NCBI GenBank assembly: GCA_009914755.4
Contig: CP068257.2
Coordinates: forward strand, 44,864,001 to 44,928,000
Direction of reading: 5' to 3'
Length of the DNA: 64,000 bases
Source: the human T2T-CHM13v2.0 reference genome, Homo sapiens
Positions 62,171 through 64,000 of the stretch are shown in pieces; within the stretch, counting starts at the first letter, position 1, and each line of letters opens with the position of its first letter. The notes under the pieces are model-generated. The model was not told the origin of the DNA, did not search any database, and was given only the letters and a program-made list of their open reading frames with translations. The position numbers were made by a program, and so were the translations under genes.

Positions 62171-62916
62171 GTAACCTTATTCCTTGCTATGTCTCATGAG
62201 CACTTAGTTGAATCTTCTGCATACAGCTGAGTTATCCTGGAGCTGTGCCTGTGCCTGTGCCTGTTAGGATCCAGGCCCATTTGTGCAGTAGTACCTTGGT
62301 GCCTGGCCCCCCACATTTTGCCGGCTTGGGTTTGTGTGGAGAATTGGGTAGGAACTTCCTGGGCCATACTCTGGATTCTTGCAGAATGCCGGCTTGCGAT
62401 TTTCCTGAGTGCTTCCCAAATTAGAAAGGCCTTGTCATCTCGTCTGTAGCTGTGGTAAACATTACAACCTAGGAACTCTTTCTTACTCTGAGGCAGGTGT
62501 CGGTCAGCCGTGGAGTCTGTGGGAACCACTGACCTGCCTGGAGAAGCACCCGGCCTGGTGCTTAGTGCCCGGCCACCCACCTCCCGGGAGGCCTGTGCTG
62601 CTCCTGTGGCGGTTTCCCTCATGTCATGTTTCTCAGCCTAGAGGGCATGTTGAGCCTGCAGACTGCCCTGAGTGTCCTTGTGTGTGGGTGCGGGGCTGCT
62701 GGTCCTTCCTGTGCTCCTCACTCCCCTCCTGAGGTTTCCTTTCCCCTCTTCTCACCTGCCCCACTCCCAGCTCCATCCTGTGGGTAGAACTCAGTGTGCT
62801 CACAGCTGAGGTGTCTTAGCCTCAATTGTAATCTTGTATTATAGTCATATATTCATAAATGGTATGTGTTTCCATATATGGAACTAACCCTAAGTTTTTA
62901 AAAGTAACCCTAACTT

Positions 62917-63226
<310 letters not shown>

Positions 63227-63940
63227 CTATTTAATCACTTAACATTAAAAAAACGCTATTGTCGTCTACAAACTATAAATTATTCTTCATTCTTTTGTTC
63301 TATGGTGATTTGTTTTGCACAACTGTGTAATTTTTTTCATATTGGAGGAAACGCCTGTTGCTCAGTATTCCAGTTACTATTGTTGTATCACAAACAACAA
63401 CAGTCATTTTATTGTCTCTCATGCTTTCTGTGGGCCAGGAGCTTAGGAAGGCCTCTGCCAGGTGGTTCTGGCTTGCAGGAGATGGTGTTTGGAGGGAGCG
63501 GTGAGGGGCTGAGACAGCTTTGTGTGTGTACATCTCAGGCCCCCACCTGGTCTCTCAGAGTGAGCTGCTCTGGGCTTCCTTGCAGTGCAGTGGCCTCAAC
63601 ACCGTCCTTCTGTTTGCCGGGCTTCACAGGGCTCCAGGCGAGTGTCCCAAGACAATCGGGTAGAAGCTGAATTGACGTTACTGGCCTGCATTGGAAGTCA
63701 CACAGCATCACAACCACTGTAGTCACAGGCCCTTTTCCCACTGAGTGGAGTGTCGACGTCACATTGCAGAGGGGCATGTAGTTTGGAGACATTGCAGCAT
63801 CTTTAGAACATGCGTTTCTCACAAGTCTGTAACATGGAGCAGTGGCTTTGGTGCAGAATCATGCTGCAGGCAAGGTGGGCCCACCTCCCTGGAATTTCAT
63901 CCCCCTCGTCAGTTAAACCCATGGTGGTTTTATTTTCTAG

Positions 63941-64000
63941 GCCACCTGATCTGGGAGGACCACCTCCAAGAAAAGCAGTCCTGTCGATGAACGGTCTAAG
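63941..64000 (+). CDS. DIP2A: DIP2A coding exon (probable exon 18, truncated by window end) encoding (R)PPDLGGPPPRKAVLSMNGL...
   Basis: ggtggttttattttctAG acceptor 63939-63940; enters in phase 2 completing AGG (Arg) from previous exon; open to window end. Confidence 0.8.

Overview
This window is human genomic DNA, Alu-rich, AT/GC-mosaic and interrupted by large introns. It is not a prokaryotic or novel-system locus. I found no CRISPR array, no tRNA or rRNA gene and no operon-like organisation, and I see no evidence for an undescribed biological system. The most biology-relevant observations are listed under findings.

The + strand carries 17 consecutive coding exons of a DIP2-family gene. The last exon runs off the window end. 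By sequence this is DIP2A (disco-interacting protein 2 homolog A, chr21q22.3); my guess for the numbering is coding exons 2-18. All 17 exons are phase-compatible and flanked by AG acceptors and GT donors, with one exception: the intron after exon 7 (my numbering) uses a GC donor (GCAAGT) and is therefore GC-AG. I checked the exon coordinates against the supplied six-frame track, including the read-through ORFs that share frame and stop positions with the exons.

The exons encode three parts of the protein:
- exons 2-4: the N-terminal DMAP1-binding region (GDITQKGYEKKRAKLL...)
- exon 5: a Ser/Thr/Ala/Pro-rich, CpG-dense linker
- later exons: the first adenylate-forming (AMP-binding-like) domain, with a visibly degenerate P-loop (YKTSKEGSTVGV instead of YTSGSTGKPKG)

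The introns are typical primate repeat landscape:
- About 45 Alu elements or fragments, roughly 20% of the window. Around 31 are antisense to the gene and around 14 are sense. Many have intact target-site duplications.
- Several old L1 (L1M/L1P-like) 3'-end and ORF2 fragments, often with Alus nested inside.
- A MER5A hAT element with a perfect 8-bp target-site duplication (GTTTAAAC).
- A MER53-like element.
- An MLT1-like LTR.
- An ERV/LTR-like block of about 6 kb, antisense to the gene.
- A full-length 7SL (SRP RNA) processed pseudogene with a 14-bp target-site duplication.
- Several microsatellites that arose from Alu poly-A tails: (TTCC/CTTT)n, (TTTC)n, (TTA)n and (CT)n.

The findings below cover the GC-AG intron, the inverted Alu pairs that flank or abut coding exons, the 7SL retrocopy, the poly-A-born short tandem repeats and the degenerate adenylation motif.

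The six-frame ORFs outside the mapped exons are explained by Alu sequence, by microsatellite translation, by L1 ORF2 debris, or by read-through from exons into introns. MIR and L2 repeats were not assessed by eye.
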